Assembly (NCBI GenBank): GCA_002269645.1 | Contig: NIVC01001293.1 | Span: forward strand, 186,001 to 250,000 | Direction: 5' to 3' | Length of the DNA stretch: 64,000 bases | Source: Macrostomum lignano | Taxonomy: Eukaryota | Shown: piece by piece, positions 11,990 to 25,349 of the stretch | Layout of the letters: the number at the start of each line of letters is the position of its first letter | How positions within the stretch are numbered: position 1 is the first letter of the stretch | Program-made: the position numbers and the translations under genes | The notes under the pieces: model-generated | Database searches by the model: none | Told to the model about the DNA's origin: nothing | Seen by the model: the letters and a program-made list of their open reading frames with translations, nothing else

Positions 11990-14966
11990 TTAAGACTGCA
12001 TATTGAACCCGCTGTTGCCTTCGAGTTCGCGCCTGTCGTAGTGGCTAAAATCGTCAAAGATGCTAGTAGTGTTGCGGTAGGCCAGCAGTATTGACAGCAC
12101 CTGGCGGCCCTGCTCCAGCGGCACCTGCGGGCCGTGTTCAGGAGGGGTTTCTCATGAGAGAGGAAGGGATTCTCATGAGAGAGGAGGGGATTCTCATGAG
12201 AGAGGAGGGGATTCTCATGAGAGAGGAGGGGATTCTCATGAGAGAGGAGGGGATTCTCATAAGAGAGGGGATTCTAATGAGAGAGGGATTTCTCATGAGG
12301 GAGAGGGAGAGAGGGGAGGATTTTCATAAGAGAGGAGGGGATTCTCATGAGAGAGGAGGGGATTCTCATAAGAGAGGGGATTCTAATGAGAGAGGGATTT
12401 CTCATGAGGGAGAGGGAGAGAGGGGAGGATTTTCATAAGAGAGGAGGGGATTCTCATAAGAGAGGAGGGGATTCTCATAAGAGAGGAGAGGATTCTCATA
12501 AGAGAGGAGGGGATTCTCATAAGAGAGGAGGGGATTCTCATGAGAGAGGAGGGGATTCTCATGAGAGAGGAGGGGATTCTCATAAGAGAGGAGAGGATTC
12601 TCATAAGAGAGGAGAGGATTCTCATAAGAGAGGAGGGGATTCTCATAAGAGAGGAGGGGATTCTCATAAGAGAGGAGGGGATTCTCATAAGAGAGGAGAG
12701 GATTCTCATAAGAGAGGAGGGGATTCTCATAAGAGAGGAGAGGATTCTCATAAGAGAGGAGGGGATTCTCATAAGAGAGGAGGGGATTCTCATAAGAGAG
12801 GAGGGGATTCTCATAAGAGAGGAGGGGATTCTCATAAGAGAGGAGGGGATTCTCATGAGAGAGGAGGGGATTCTCATAAGAGAGGAGGGGATTCTCATAA
12901 GAGAGGAGGGGATTCTCATAAGAGAGGAGAGGATTCTCATAAGAGAGGAGGGGATTCTCATAAGAGAGGAGGGGATTCTCATGAGAGAGGAGGGGATTCT
13001 CATAAGAGAGGAGGGGATTCTCATAAGAGAGGAGGGGATTCTCATAAGAGAGGAGGGGATTCTCATAAGAGAGGAGAGGATTCTCATAAGAGAGGAGGGG
13101 ATTCTCATAAGAGAGGAGAGGATTCTCATAAGAGAGGAGGGGATTCTCATAAGAGAGGAGGGGATTCTCATAAGAGAGGGGATTCTCATAAGAGAGGATG
13201 ATGTCACAACAGGATAAAAATGCAAGTGCATGCAGCACGAACCTGAGTGCAGTCTCGCGAGTTAGTAACGGGTTTGTTCTCGTTGCTTACAATCCTAATG
13301 TGACGCAATTGACTGTTTGGCACGTCCTTGACCAGCAGCCAAGAGATTGTGAACTGGCCCTGCCACTTGTCCTGGCACCAGACGCCAGCCTTCTTGCTGA
13401 TGTCCACCTCGGAGGTCATCAGGGCCACTCCGCAGAAGTGGCCGGATCCGTTCACCGAGTACAACAGAAACACTTTGCCACACTGCGGCGTGGCCCGCTG
13501 ATAAGCTTTGTTTAAACGCGTGTTACCATGCGGAGTGCTGCACCAGATCGAATATTTAATAGCCCGATGAATATCGTCTTCGCTGTAGCTTTTAATAACG
13601 TAGAATTCGGAATTGTCAGGTACATCGATGCTGGCAGGATTGACGCTCTGCATCAGGGTTCGAATGCGCTCGTCCAGGTCGCCCTGCGGCACGGGCTGAG
13701 GCATCTGGAACAGCGGCATCTGGTGAAACTGGGGCGGCGGGCCCTGCATGTGGTGGTGCTGATGCCCGAACATGCCCGGGCCGCCGAAATGCGACTGCTG
13801 ATGATGGTGCGGCAGAGGCTGAGGCGGCGGCGGCATTGAGTAGCCGCGACCGAGAGCTCGAGGCTTGCTGTGCTGAAACTGTTGTTGCTGCTGTTGCTGT
13901 TGTTGCTGCTGCTGATATTGACTTGGCGGGGGAACCTGTGTGATATGCGCGAGGTGAGTTGAAGGCATAAGTTCAATACAAATAATCATATTGTATAGTT
14001 AATTTGCGGTATTATTCAAACTGGGGTTTGATCTGTGGCACATCCGGGATATTCAAACTGGGTTTGATCTGTGGCACATCCGGGATATTCAAACTGGGTT
14101 TGATCTGTGGCATATCCGGGATATTCAAACTGGGTTTGATCTGTGGCACATCCGGGATATTCAAACTGGGTTTGATCTGTGGCATATCCGGGATATTCAA
14201 ACTGGGTTTGATCTGTGGCACATCCGGGATATTCAACAACTTGAATATTCTTAAATACAAGACGGATTTAATAAACTCCATCTATACAAAAACAGGCTTT
14301 GATTAAAAATAAAGCACTAACCTGCTGTTCCTGTTGCAGATCCTGCTCTTGTTGCTGCTGCTGCGTCTGTGGCGGATTCGAACCCGCGGCTATCTTAGCC
14401 CAAGACTTGGACACCGCCTGTCTGCCAGACGGTCCGCCGTTGCCGCCGCCATTGTTGCTGCCGCCTGACAGGGCCGGGAAATCGGCATCCTTGGGCGGAG
14501 CGGTGCCGGCAGAGGTGCCTGTCGTTCTTAAACTGGCCATGCCCCGTTCAATGCCGTCAATGCCGCCGCCTCCAACTGGGTATTGCTGCTGCTGCTGCTG
14601 CTGTTGTTGTTGGCGACGGTGCTGCTGCTGCTGCGGATAGTTGGATGCCCCGTAGCCTCCCCAGGCTGCTGGCACCGACGAGCCGTCGTCAAAGGAGCCG
14701 CCGGCCCATCCGCCGGCGCCGGGAGCTGCCGAAGCGACGCCGTGATGCTGCGGACCGTAGGGCGGAGGCGGCCACGGTGCACCCTGACCGATTGGGCGCT
14801 GATAACCAGCAAAGGCGTATTGAGCAGCTTGTTGCTTCTGTTGCTGTTGTTTCGGTTGCTGCTCACCCGACTGTTTATTAGCATTGGCCTGCTCGGTTGA
14901 ATTGGCACTGCTATCAGAGGCAAGAGTGCCATTGTCTGATTTGTCCTGCTGCTGCGCATTAGACAT
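11990..14966 (-). CDS. YTHDF: YTH domain m6A reader, YTHDF family
   Basis: Exons 14966-14322, 13935-13243, 12124-11990, all phase 0. YTH domain: [24 protein letters not shown]...[12 protein letters not shown]...[10 protein letters not shown]...NKPVTNSRD, then [10 protein letters not shown]...[13 protein letters not shown]-rich N-terminus. Confidence 0.95.
12150..13197. repeat. 21-bp intronic minisatellite (GATTCTCATAAGAGAGGAGGG)n
   Basis: Fills YTHDF intron 12125-13242. Confidence 0.95.
14010..14236. repeat. 36-bp intronic minisatellite (TATTCAAACTGGGTTTGATCTGTGGCACATCCGGGA)n
   Basis: About 6 units in YTHDF intron 13936-14321. Confidence 0.95.
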
Positions 14967-16381
14967 TATCTTCTATATTGTTTGTATTATGTGTATTGAT
15001 TTTATAAACTAGACAAGTGCTGGATTTCACTACTGTCTGGATGCCTGAAAAAGTTTCGAATGATTATTGAAAATAATCAAACTAATGAAATGTCCTTAAC
15101 ACAAATGAAGTTTTAAAAGTACATTTAACTCTTAGATTACTCAATGTATTTCTTACAGCAACACTCAATATTAACAAAAGCATTATAATGACAGCTCATA
15201 CAGCGTAGCCAACTAGAGCTTGAGCTATTAGATAATGTCAGTCTATTTTGATACTTTAGTAGTTTCAATACTTTACTATTTTGTAATAATAAAATTCCTA
15301 CCATGAGACATTAAAAGGTATCTAATCCTTTTTAATTGAACCTAGGAAGATACCTTTTGAACATTATTTTTTTTATTTTAAACTAGTATTAAAGCCTAAA
15401 GTCTAAAGCCTAACTTCTCTAAAATCTCCTTAGGTCTAATTATATATATATATGCTTTTCTATGATCAATGATTAATATTATATTATAATGTTTTTGCCT
15501 AATGGCCCATTCCATATAAGATGGACATATTTGGAAAATAGAAAAAAGTCAATATTTTTGCTTGTCATTGCCTTATCAGCCAATTTTTACCAAATCTTTT
15601 ATGTATGTAATGTATACAATCTAAGAATAAATAAATGATAAAATGTTGGATTAGTATGTTATCAATTGGCAAAAAGTTATTTTTGTAAAAAATTGGACAT
15701 TTTCTAAGCAAAAGACATCATTAAGTTTATGTACCTTTTAAAAACAAATAGAAAGCTTTAGAAGGTTAAAACAAACTATAAATATAATTATAGTACTTGC
15801 ATCATCAGATAAAAACATTAGCAACCATATAATCTATTATATTTTTAATATATTAGTACCTCAAAGTTACTGAATTGACAGAAAAAAAAATGTTATGACC
15901 ATAATGTTACAACCATAAGGCTGCCTTTTCTTTTGTATCTCTGTTGCTTTTTTGAGTTTATATATTCTAATAAAAGAGTATGACTTCTAAAGATGTTCTT
16001 AGTCAAATTTAAAAAAAAATATTGCAAAATATCAAAAATGAAAAATGTTATAAGACTTTTACCTTTTTGTTTCTATATGTCAAAAATCCTGTTGTTACAA
16101 CAATAAGTGCCATTCAAGGTTTAATAGCATCTATACTAATGATGATATCTATATGACACTTTATAAACATATTTTTGACAAAATAATCTTTCATTCAAAA
16201 TATTGGTTTAGTGTATTCTATTATTAGATTTCATTTTATAAGTAAAAATAGTCTGTCATGTTACAACCATAATTATATGAAATGGCCTTAATTTAGTGCC
16301 GATTAGATGAGAATTTTTGTAAAGATATCATGATGACAATATACTTTAATTGAAAATTGACAATTTATTACACCTTAATTG

Positions 16382-16568
16382 GGCCAGATATGCAACCAAC
16401 AACTTAGTTGCAGCTATTGTGTGATGCATCTAAAGGCTGCATATGGCTATTCAGTCTAAGGGTTAAGTGTCTTGCTTAAGGACACAAATTTTTCCAATTG
16501 AAATTAGGAATTGAACCCCCTCCCACTTTAAAGTTGTAAGTCTAATACTCTAAACACTAGGCTACAAT
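16382..16568 (-). mobile_element. tRNA-derived SINE, copy 2 (internally deleted, heavily C>T/G>A mutated)
   Basis: 16382-16461 aligns without gaps to 1859-1938. Confidence 0.75.
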
Positions 16569-16923
16569 CCTAACCTTGAATAGGCTACAAACTAACCTTG
16601 CCAACCTAGTCTTTACATAAATATTAATTTTTAAACTATTTTTTTATAATAAGCTTACTATCAATTACAAAGTATTTATATAAACAATATTATTCAAAAG
16701 TTAGAATCCTAACCCTTTTGTTACTATAAATATATCATTTTTATAATGATACTAGCTTTATTATAACTAAGTTTTGATTGAAAAGGTAGTATACTTTGCT
16801 TGCAACTTAGCCACTTTCATTTTTAATTCCTTTAATGCTTTTTGCCTTTTCTATTTTTGCTTCTATATACTACTTAGTTCTTTCCCTATTTCTTTTTCCT
16901 TTTTGTTTAAACTTGATACTGAG

Positions 16924-17090
16924 CAGTGTTGGGCACCGTTAATAAAAATCTTAACTTCCGTTAATAGCAAAAGCGTTAACGTTAAAACAAAAAAATCTTA
17001 ACTTTTTAACTCCTAATTTTGTTAAGTTAACTGAAAGTTAACTGATAATCGTTAATAAGCATTAATCCATTAAAGTTAACACGGAAAATA
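16924..17090 (+). mobile_element. DNA-transposon-like terminus CAGTGTTGGGCACC with CGTTAA subterminal motifs; a second such end at 19473
   Basis: Identical 14-bp start at 16924 and 19473, both followed by repeated (C)GTTAA motifs. Matching right ends not found. Confidence 0.45.
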
Positions 17091-18821
17091 TGGAAATCTT
17101 GCACGTTTTTTCCAAAAACAGACTTTGTAATGCACGTCTTTGCTATTCCATCTTTTTAGTGAAACACAGAGGTCATCTAAGCGATTTGAAAGCTAAAAAA
17201 GTAATAAATAATCATTTTAAAAACTTGCATGCATAATACTACTAAAAGTAAAGCATATGGTAAAAAAAGTAACTTATTTTATTTGAAACTTAAAAGCTAA
17301 TAACGAGAAATTCATAATTAAATATGCATAGGAAGGTTGTTTCAGTACCATTAGTAGGCACTTCAGTGAGAAAATTAAATTTCAGAAATTGTTATAGGCT
17401 GCTATTTCACTAGATAGATCTTACTTTCCCATTTCCAAAATGGCCAAACTTTAGTGATTTGGTTGAGTAATAAGGAAACTACAGCTATTTTAGTAACCCC
17501 AATTTGTGCCTTTAGCCAATGGAATTTTTACATTACGGTTTGTGATCATTTTTGGCCAAAAAGTTGGCTTTTTGTCTTTGAACACTTGTAATTAATTTTC
17601 TAGCCAACCAAAATGACTGTGCTTGGTGTCATTTTGTTCAGTTTTTTAGTGTTAATTGTATGAATTATATATTTTAATATTATTTTATATGCCCAAGTTG
17701 CTAAGCTAATTGAAACAGGATGGGTGTATGAAATTTTGACTATTTTAACCAGATACGCAATGATTGCAATTTTAAAAATACAATAGCATCTGTTCTGCTT
17801 GCTTAATTTATACAAGGCTAGTGTCATTTTGTTCAGGTTTTTACCTACTATAATACTATTCTACTTCTTGCCCTAAATTTTTAATGCATGACAGACACCC
17901 CAACTGCAATGTAATGTGCTGTACAGGCTTTGCGCATGGGTTTATTAAAAAACGGTTTTGCCTATCGTGTTCAGCATAGCAGAATTAGTTAAATGACACA
18001 GAGAACTAGTTTGCCGGAAGGCAGAGTCTCACAAAAAACACGAAATACACGTTTCAATGGGTATTTTACATGTAAACGTATCAAAAAAAGAAACCTCCAC
18101 AAAATTTTTGCGCCTATAGCTATTGGCAAGCGGTTTTTTTTACTGTGCTTGTATTGTCAATAGGTAATGAAAAATATAAAGAGAAACAATGCAGGAAAAG
18201 GATTTCATGGAAAATTTTGGATTTGAAATTTTGCATAGAGCCATATGGGCATTAAAAGAAAAAAAAAATTTTTTTTAACACCAGAAAAATGTTTTTAAAT
18301 TATCCCTTTACACTATAAAACCTTTGTTTCCATTATAAGAAACACATTGCAGCTAAGAAAAAGCATTTTCTGAACCACTGTTTTTTTATTCATTTTGGCT
18401 TCAATTTTATATTCCTCCTAAAAAATGGTCAACTTTAAAAATAGACAGTGCAAAAAGTATAACAAAGCTAGACTTGCAGTTGGTGTCATTTGAAAGAGCT
18501 CCTTTTTACCTTTTAAATGCATATTTTACTTTCATCCTGGCTTCTATAGTTTCTTTAAAATCGCCCTTGAAAAATTGGACTTTTTTCTTACTTTTTTGCC
18601 ATTGGCACGCACTTCTTATAACTCACTGAAGTCCCTACCTATAGCAATTGTGCATTGCCATATATATGGTTATGCATATCTATTTTTAAAGAAATGAGTT
18701 TGCTTAAGTATAAAGAAAATGATCTGCATACCATATACATACAAATGCTATATCTTTTTTATTATAGATATATTCAAATAGTAGAGCCTAGGCCCTAGAG
18801 TTCATTAAAAGACTTAAAGAC

Positions 18822-19210
18822 TTGAAAAAGATTTACATTTATGTAGCAGCTCAGCAATCTGTGCAGTCTTGTAAGGGTTATACAAACCATTGCATCTATG
18901 TGACTCGCATCACTGATCTGAGCAATGTAGGTCACAGTATCACTGATATCATAAAGATCACTGGCCAACAGATAGAGTCAACCATGTGGCAATACTTTTC
19001 TAAATAGTATGATAGCACCATTTAGAACATGGCAACTTCAGTGGCTGTTACTCTTGACCTGCAAGCTACAAACATCAGTATGGATATGAGTGTTTCCGCC
19101 TCAAACAAGAGCATTATTAGCCATGAAATGGCAACTGTGCATGAAAACACCAATTTGTCACTTTTTTAACTGCAACTTCAAGAACTGCACCATCAATTTC
19201 AATAAGTAAA
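18822..19210 (+). pseudogene. Decayed tyrosine-recombinase (Crypton/DUF3504-like) C-terminal coding relic
   Basis: YTNHCIYVTRITDLSNVG...IIKITGQ...STMWQY resembles YTNHSLRAT.IT.L...G...IM..TGH.S..S...Y. In-frame TAG stops at 19005 and 19023, and a frameshifted FFNCNFKNCTINF tail. Confidence 0.6.
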
Positions 19211-19919
19211 AATGTGAGAAGTCTAAAGTGGAAAAACTGTATATAACTACTAACAGTAAATCTAGTTGAATGATATTCTTCATTTCAATTTTCAATCTCC
19301 TAAACACACTGTTTGCCTCATTTGTGTTTTACTTGGATTTTTTGCGCTGAAGTTAGAGAGCACTGAATTAGTTTATGGCCAAAGCATATTGAACCTGTGA
19401 CAATCAGAAGCATTGTCAATAGGCTCTGTCTATATGACAATGGGTTGTTTTACAAAATTGCTAACTCAGCATCAGTGTTGGGCACCAGTCCGTTAATAAG
19501 CGTTAATCCGTTAATAAGCGTTAAGATTTTTCATTAACGTTAACGGACTGTCGTTAAGATTTTTTTGAACTAACGGATTAACAAATTTGCGTTAAAAATT
19601 TTGTAAATTAACAATAAATTTATCGTTAATGGTAGTGTCTATGTTAATGACCAAAGACGCAAAGAAGGAACGAAAAATAGAAGTCTTACAAGAAGTTTAA
19701 ACATTACAAACGTATTTGAGCTTACCTATATGCCTAAATATAATCTCTTTATTTATGACGATGATCATACAGACGTACATGTAATTAACAACTTCTTACA
19801 AATAAACTTTAAAATAATGAATTAAAATAGTGTGAAACTTTATTTCTTGCGCGTGAGCATCGATCGCTTTGATTCACTTCTGTCCCAATCTTTCGCAACT
19901 TTCTGCTGCGCCTGCTATT

Positions 19920-20780
19920 AGCATATCCGAGATAGCAAGCATTAGCATATCCCAGATAGCAAGCATTAGCATATCCCAGATAGCAAGCATCTCCCAAATG
20001 GCAAGCATCCCTAAGTAACAAATATCCACTAGATAGAAAAAAGCTAATATAACAATTTCTTTAGCTAATGCAATGATCACTTTTTAGGTAGTGCAATAAT
20101 CCCTTTCTAAGACTAAACTAATGCCATAATCTATTTTTAAGCTAGTGCCATAATCCTTTTTTTATAGTGCAATAATCAATGTCTTAGCTACTGCAAATAC
20201 ATTTCTAAGCTAGTGCAACAATCCTTTTTTCATCTAGTACAATAATCTTTTTTCTAGAACAATCTTTTTCTAAGCTAGAGTAATAAATCTTTTTCATATG
20301 TTGAAATAATCACATAGGCCTAATTCTAAGCTAGTGCAATAATCTATCTTAGCTAATGTTATAATCAGTCTGTTTACACCCAAGCTAGCTTTCATTGAAT
20401 TCATAAAATTAATTTTGGCACTTTTAATTGTAATTCATTTACTTATAAGATATAAAGCATATTGGCATGCTGCTTCTTTTATGTTTTGCATGCTGCTTCT
20501 TTTATGTTTTGCATGCTGCTTCTTTTATGTTTTGCATACTGCTTCTTTTATGTTTTGCATATTGCTTCTTTTATGTTTTGCATGCTATTTATTTTATGTT
20601 TTGCATGCTGCTTCTTTAATGTTTTGCATGCTACTTCTTTTATAATTTATGTTCTGCATGTTGGTTCTTTTATGTTTTGCATAATGCTTTTTTTATGTTT
20701 TGTATACTGCTTCTTTTGTTTTGCATGCTGCTTCTTTTATGTTTTGTATGATACTTCTTTTATGTTTTATACTTCTTTTA
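19920..20780 (-). mobile_element. Composite minisatellite-bearing repeat (23-bp, degenerate GATTATTGCACTAG and 18-bp modules), reverse orientation
   Basis: Same modules in the same order as at 23740-27385, reverse-complemented. Confidence 0.55.
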
Positions 20781-21539
20781 GGCCTATGTTTTACATGGCA
20801 CTTTTTTACATTTCATATGGACATGGTGACTTGATTATTTATGTTTGATAGGCCTATTATTTATGCTTCTTTATGCTTGATATTAATATTACTATACCAT
20901 ACATCTATATATTACCATATATCCCTTGTTTGGTATGAAGCTTCTTTTATGCTTTGTGATGCTTTTTTTGATTGACATAGTGCTTTTTTATTTTCATGGT
21001 GACTCTTATGTTTTACATAGTGCCTCTTTGCTCTTTTATGTTTGACATGATGCCTTTTTTATATTTGACATGATACTTATATGTTTGATATTTTTGTGTT
21101 ATTGAATTCATTTTAAAATAATTTCAATAGACTAAAATTTGCTTACTTATTTAAAGCAGCTTAAGTCCCTATTTAGTATTTAGGTCTACTATTTAGGCAT
21201 AGGGCCTAGGCCTAATACTTTGTTATTGTTGATTTGACTTGACAATCACTAGTAACAAGACAACATTAGGGCCTACCATGCTATGTAATGTTGACTATAT
21301 TTGCAGATTGCAATGGCCACCCATGGTAGGCCAATTGATAATGATATTGATTATAGGCCTAAATAAAATAACAACTGACTATGGGCCTAGTAGCTATAGT
21401 AAAAAAGTTCAAGTCATAGAAAAGCCTAGGCCCAAGGCCCTAGCCCTTACTTGTTACTTCTAATTTCTAACTATTCAAGGAGTAACAAAAAACTGAATGA
21501 AGTTCGCTTAACAAAAAAATTGTTTCTGTGATCCTGTGG

Positions 21540-21780
21540 CTGTGCAGCTGTGCGCCTGGCCACCTGGTAAGCCTAGGGTGCTATGGCTTGGGTAGGCTAG
21601 GTCCCACTGCTGGCGCTAGGGCCTAGCGCTAGCCGCTAGGTCCAATCAAAGATTGAATGTGGACTTGCATATTGATATACGCAGCGTCCATCCGTGGCGA
21701 TTTGGATTTGATCGAGTGATCATTTGCGCAATCAAGTTTTTTTGGCAACACAAAAAAACAACTTGAATCAGTAGCAAACG
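21540..21780. promoter_or_regulatory. CpG-retaining GC island between divergent YTHDF and ACAD9; candidate promoter or 5'UTR exon
   Basis: About 11 CpG in 240 bp against CpG-poor flanks; strong plus-strand donor CTG|GTAAGC at 21567. Confidence 0.35.
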
Positions 21781-23099
21781 CATAGATTTTCTGTGTGCTT
21801 TTAAGTAGGCCAAACTTAATATTTAATAATTCTTGTTCTTATCCATTTAAAAAACATTATCGTAATCCCAACGGTACCTCTTTGTGTAGGTAATAATTTA
21901 TACTTTCTCTGAGTAAAAGCTAAAGTTAATCATATTAAAGGCATCAAACCTTAGGCAATTAGCTTATTAGAGCTTAGAAGCCAAGTAAAGTTTTGTTTCA
22001 ACTCGAACTGAATTTTGCAGAATTGGCGTCTTTACTTTAAATTGCATAAAAATACCTACTACTGTGTGCATATGCATGCGTGCATGCGCGTGCGCAGCTA
22101 CTATAATTAACTTCAGTAATTTCCAGTAACTAAAAACCTATACACACACATAGGTTTCGTTGATTATGAAAGGCATTTGATAGTGTCAGCCAACCTGTAT
22201 AACTTTTGCCGACACATCTGGCACTTTTTTACGTTCTTTTTACTTTTGTAGTTCTTTTTACGTTCTTCAGTACAGTACCTGAGGCTGTAGACTACAGACT
22301 CCAATGAGATTTTGAAAGTTAAAAAAATTCAATATCTCTTAATAAAATATAATAGAGCTTGATTTTATATGTAAAAGACGCCTCACTTTTAACATTTTGC
22401 CTAGAATTTTAAAAGTTAGGCCTATGCAACTTTTTGTGTATAAATTTTGTTAGTTTTTTAATACAAATTTGCCATAAAAAGCTTGTGACCTTTTTATGAA
22501 AAAATGAAAAAAACTATTTAAAAGACAACTTTTTTATTTTTTTCTTAATTTTCTCACAAGTAGTGTTATTTTTTGTATTTTAGGCTCCTTTTCTATTTTT
22601 AATGAATATAAATTTGTTTGCTTACTTAACAAAGTTTTAAAAAATAATTGAATAAGAGATGGTTGCTTATCTTTTGAAAAAAACAATGCACATTTTTTTA
22701 CTTTAGTTGAGAAAAACTAATAAAATATATATTATAATCTATTAAACTTGGCTTTTAAAAAAACATTTTGCTTTATAATTTTTAAAAAGAAAGATTTTTT
22801 ATATAGAAACAATTTCTATTAGAGTTATACTCTTTTTTAGACTTTTAATGCAGAACACAAGAAAGTCCAATAATAAAAAAGGCAAATATGGTAGTTCTAC
22901 ATTGCTCTAAAAAGTTTTAGCCTATATAAAATCAACTTTAGTTAAATAGATTTAGTATAGGCCAAAGGGCTAAGAAATCAAATGGAAAGTTAAAAAAACC
23001 ATGCAGCCTAGAGTAGAGTAAGTACAAAAAATTGCTTTGAATTTTTAAAAAGGCAAAATCTATATACTTAAAATGGTCTGTTGGTAGGTAGGTAGGTAG

Positions 23100-23700
23100 G
23101 TATGTGTGTGATCAATTAGAGAAAAAACTGCTTAACCAATTTTCTTCAAACTTGCACTGTGACTATTCAATTAGAAATTTTTCCATGATGGTATATGTAT
23201 TGTGGCTAAGAAATTGCTTAATGCTAAGGCATTAAATATTCAAAAAACATGCCTTTTTACAAAGTTCAAGCAGCTCTTTTGACTTAAAATGCATTGTAAG
23301 AATGCTAGCAAACTAACTGACTAGTTGAATTCTAATTCTAAAATAGATTGCAACGAATAGGCTTTTTATTTATTGTCTATATACTGGCTGAATTTTGACA
23401 CTGAATTGAATTGCATAACAGCATAGAGTGTGGAAGCATAGCACAGTATTTGATTTATATTCATAATAATATTGTTAACTTTAATAGAGATTAGTACTGA
23501 CTTGCCTGAGAAATTGATTATGTTATAAATGCTTTGTGTGATTTTTACTTACCTAACTCAGTGTGAGTGTTAAATTATAAGTGCTACAAATTCACTTATA
23601 AATTCAATGAGAGCTAGCCTAGATGTGAACAGACTGGACTGCTAATATAGTAACCTAGGTTCAAATCTTAGCAGTATATAAAATTAGGGTAATTTTTATT
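23100..23700 (+). repeat. Dispersed repeat with a tRNA-like (GGTTCRAATC) segment; second copy at ~25400-25920
   Basis: Colinear similarity, e.g. AACCAATTTTCTTCAAACTTGCAC and GCATTGTAAGAATGCTA in both copies. Confidence 0.75.
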
Positions 23701-23739
23701 GAAAGCTTTTATTAAAGGACTAATTATTAAAAAGATCTA

Positions 23740-25349
23740 GATTATTGCACTTGATAAACCAAGAATTACTGCACTTGATAAACTAATAATTATTGTAGTT
23801 CATAGACTAAGGATTACTGCACTTAATAAACCAAGGATTACTGCACTTGATAAGCCAAGGATTATTACACTTGATATGCCAAGGATTACTGTGCTTGATA
23901 AAACAAGGATTACTGCACTTGATAGTTTAAGAGTTATTGCACTTGATAAGCTAAGGATTATTGCGCTTGATAAACCAAGGATTATTGCACTTGATAAGCC
24001 AATGATTACTACACTTGATAAGCCAAGGATTATTGCACTTGATAAGCCAAGGATTACTGCACTTGATAAGCCAAGGATTACTGCACTTGATAAGCCAAGG
24101 ATTACTACACTTGATAAGCCAAGGATTATTGCACTTGATAAGCCAAGGATTACTGCACTTGATAAGCCAAGGATTACTGCACTTGATAAGCCAAGGATTA
24201 CTGCACTTGATAAGCCAAGGATTATTGCACTTGATAAGCCAAGAATTACTGCACTTGATAGACCTAGGATTATTGCACTAGCTTAGAAATGGACTAATGC
24301 ACTAGATAATAAAATGATTATTGCAGTAGATGAGAAGCAGATTATTGTGCTGGAATAAAAAGAGATTAAATTGTACTAGCTGAGACGGATTACTACACAA
24401 CCTGAGAAAGTGATTATTGCATCAGTGGTAGAAATATTTGCACTAGCTACTTGCTGTCTGGGGGATGCTTGCTATTTGGGGGATGCTTGCTATCTAAGGG
24501 ATGTTTGCTATTGTATCTAGAGGGGGGATGCTTGCTATTGTATCTAGAGGGGGGTGCTTGCTTTTGAGGGGGAAGGGGTTCCTCCTCCTCCTCCTCCAAA
24601 CTTGCTATTTGGGAGAGGGAGTACTGGCTATACATGTATCTACATGTATAGGATTCTTTCTATCCAGGGATGCTTGCTATTTAGGTATTCTTGCTATTTG
24701 CAAGATGCTTGCTATTTGGGGGATGGTTGCTATCTGTCAGATGCTTGCTATCTGAGGGATGCTTGCTACCTGGGGGGATGCTTGCTATCTAGGTAAATAG
24801 ATACCTAGATATCAAGGTAGGATGCTATGATGCTATGCTATGATGCCTAGGATGCTATGCTATGATGCTAGGAGATATCAATGTAGGATGCTATCTATCT
24901 GGGGGATGCTTGCTATTCAGGGATGCTATCTATCTGGGGGATGCTTGCTCTCTGGGGGATGCTTGCTATCTGGGGGATGCTTGCTATCTGGGGGATGCTT
25001 GCTATCTTGGGGATGCCTGCTATCTGGGGGATGCTTGCTATCTAGGGGATGCTTGCTATCTAGGGGATGCTTGCTATCCGGGGGATGCTTGCTATCTGGG
25101 GGGATGTTTTCTATTTAGGGGGAATGTCTGTTATCTTTGTAAAAACTTTATTTTATTATCTGTCAATTTTAAAAAAAGAAAGATTAATAGTTAACATTTT
25201 TGTCCATGACAATTTTACTCGAATAATGTGATTTATACAACTGAAAAAGGAATTGGTTCTTAAGAAAATGTGCTTTTTTACTTGTTTTACATGAATAATT
25301 TTTGCTCATTGCTTATTGTGTGCCCTGAAGGGGGGCACTAGATTGCTAG
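23740..25349 (+). mobile_element. Helitron-like non-autonomous element with 24-bp (GATAAGCCAAGGATTACTGCACTT) and 18-bp (GGGGATGCTTGCTATCTG) arrays
   Basis: Ends in hairpin GTGCCC...GGGCAC, then TAGATTG-CTAG|T at 25346-25350. 5' boundary approximate. Confidence 0.55.

Noticed and set aside
12091-13238. Overlapping 200-280 aa ORFs
   Set aside because: 21-bp array inside a YTHDF intron.
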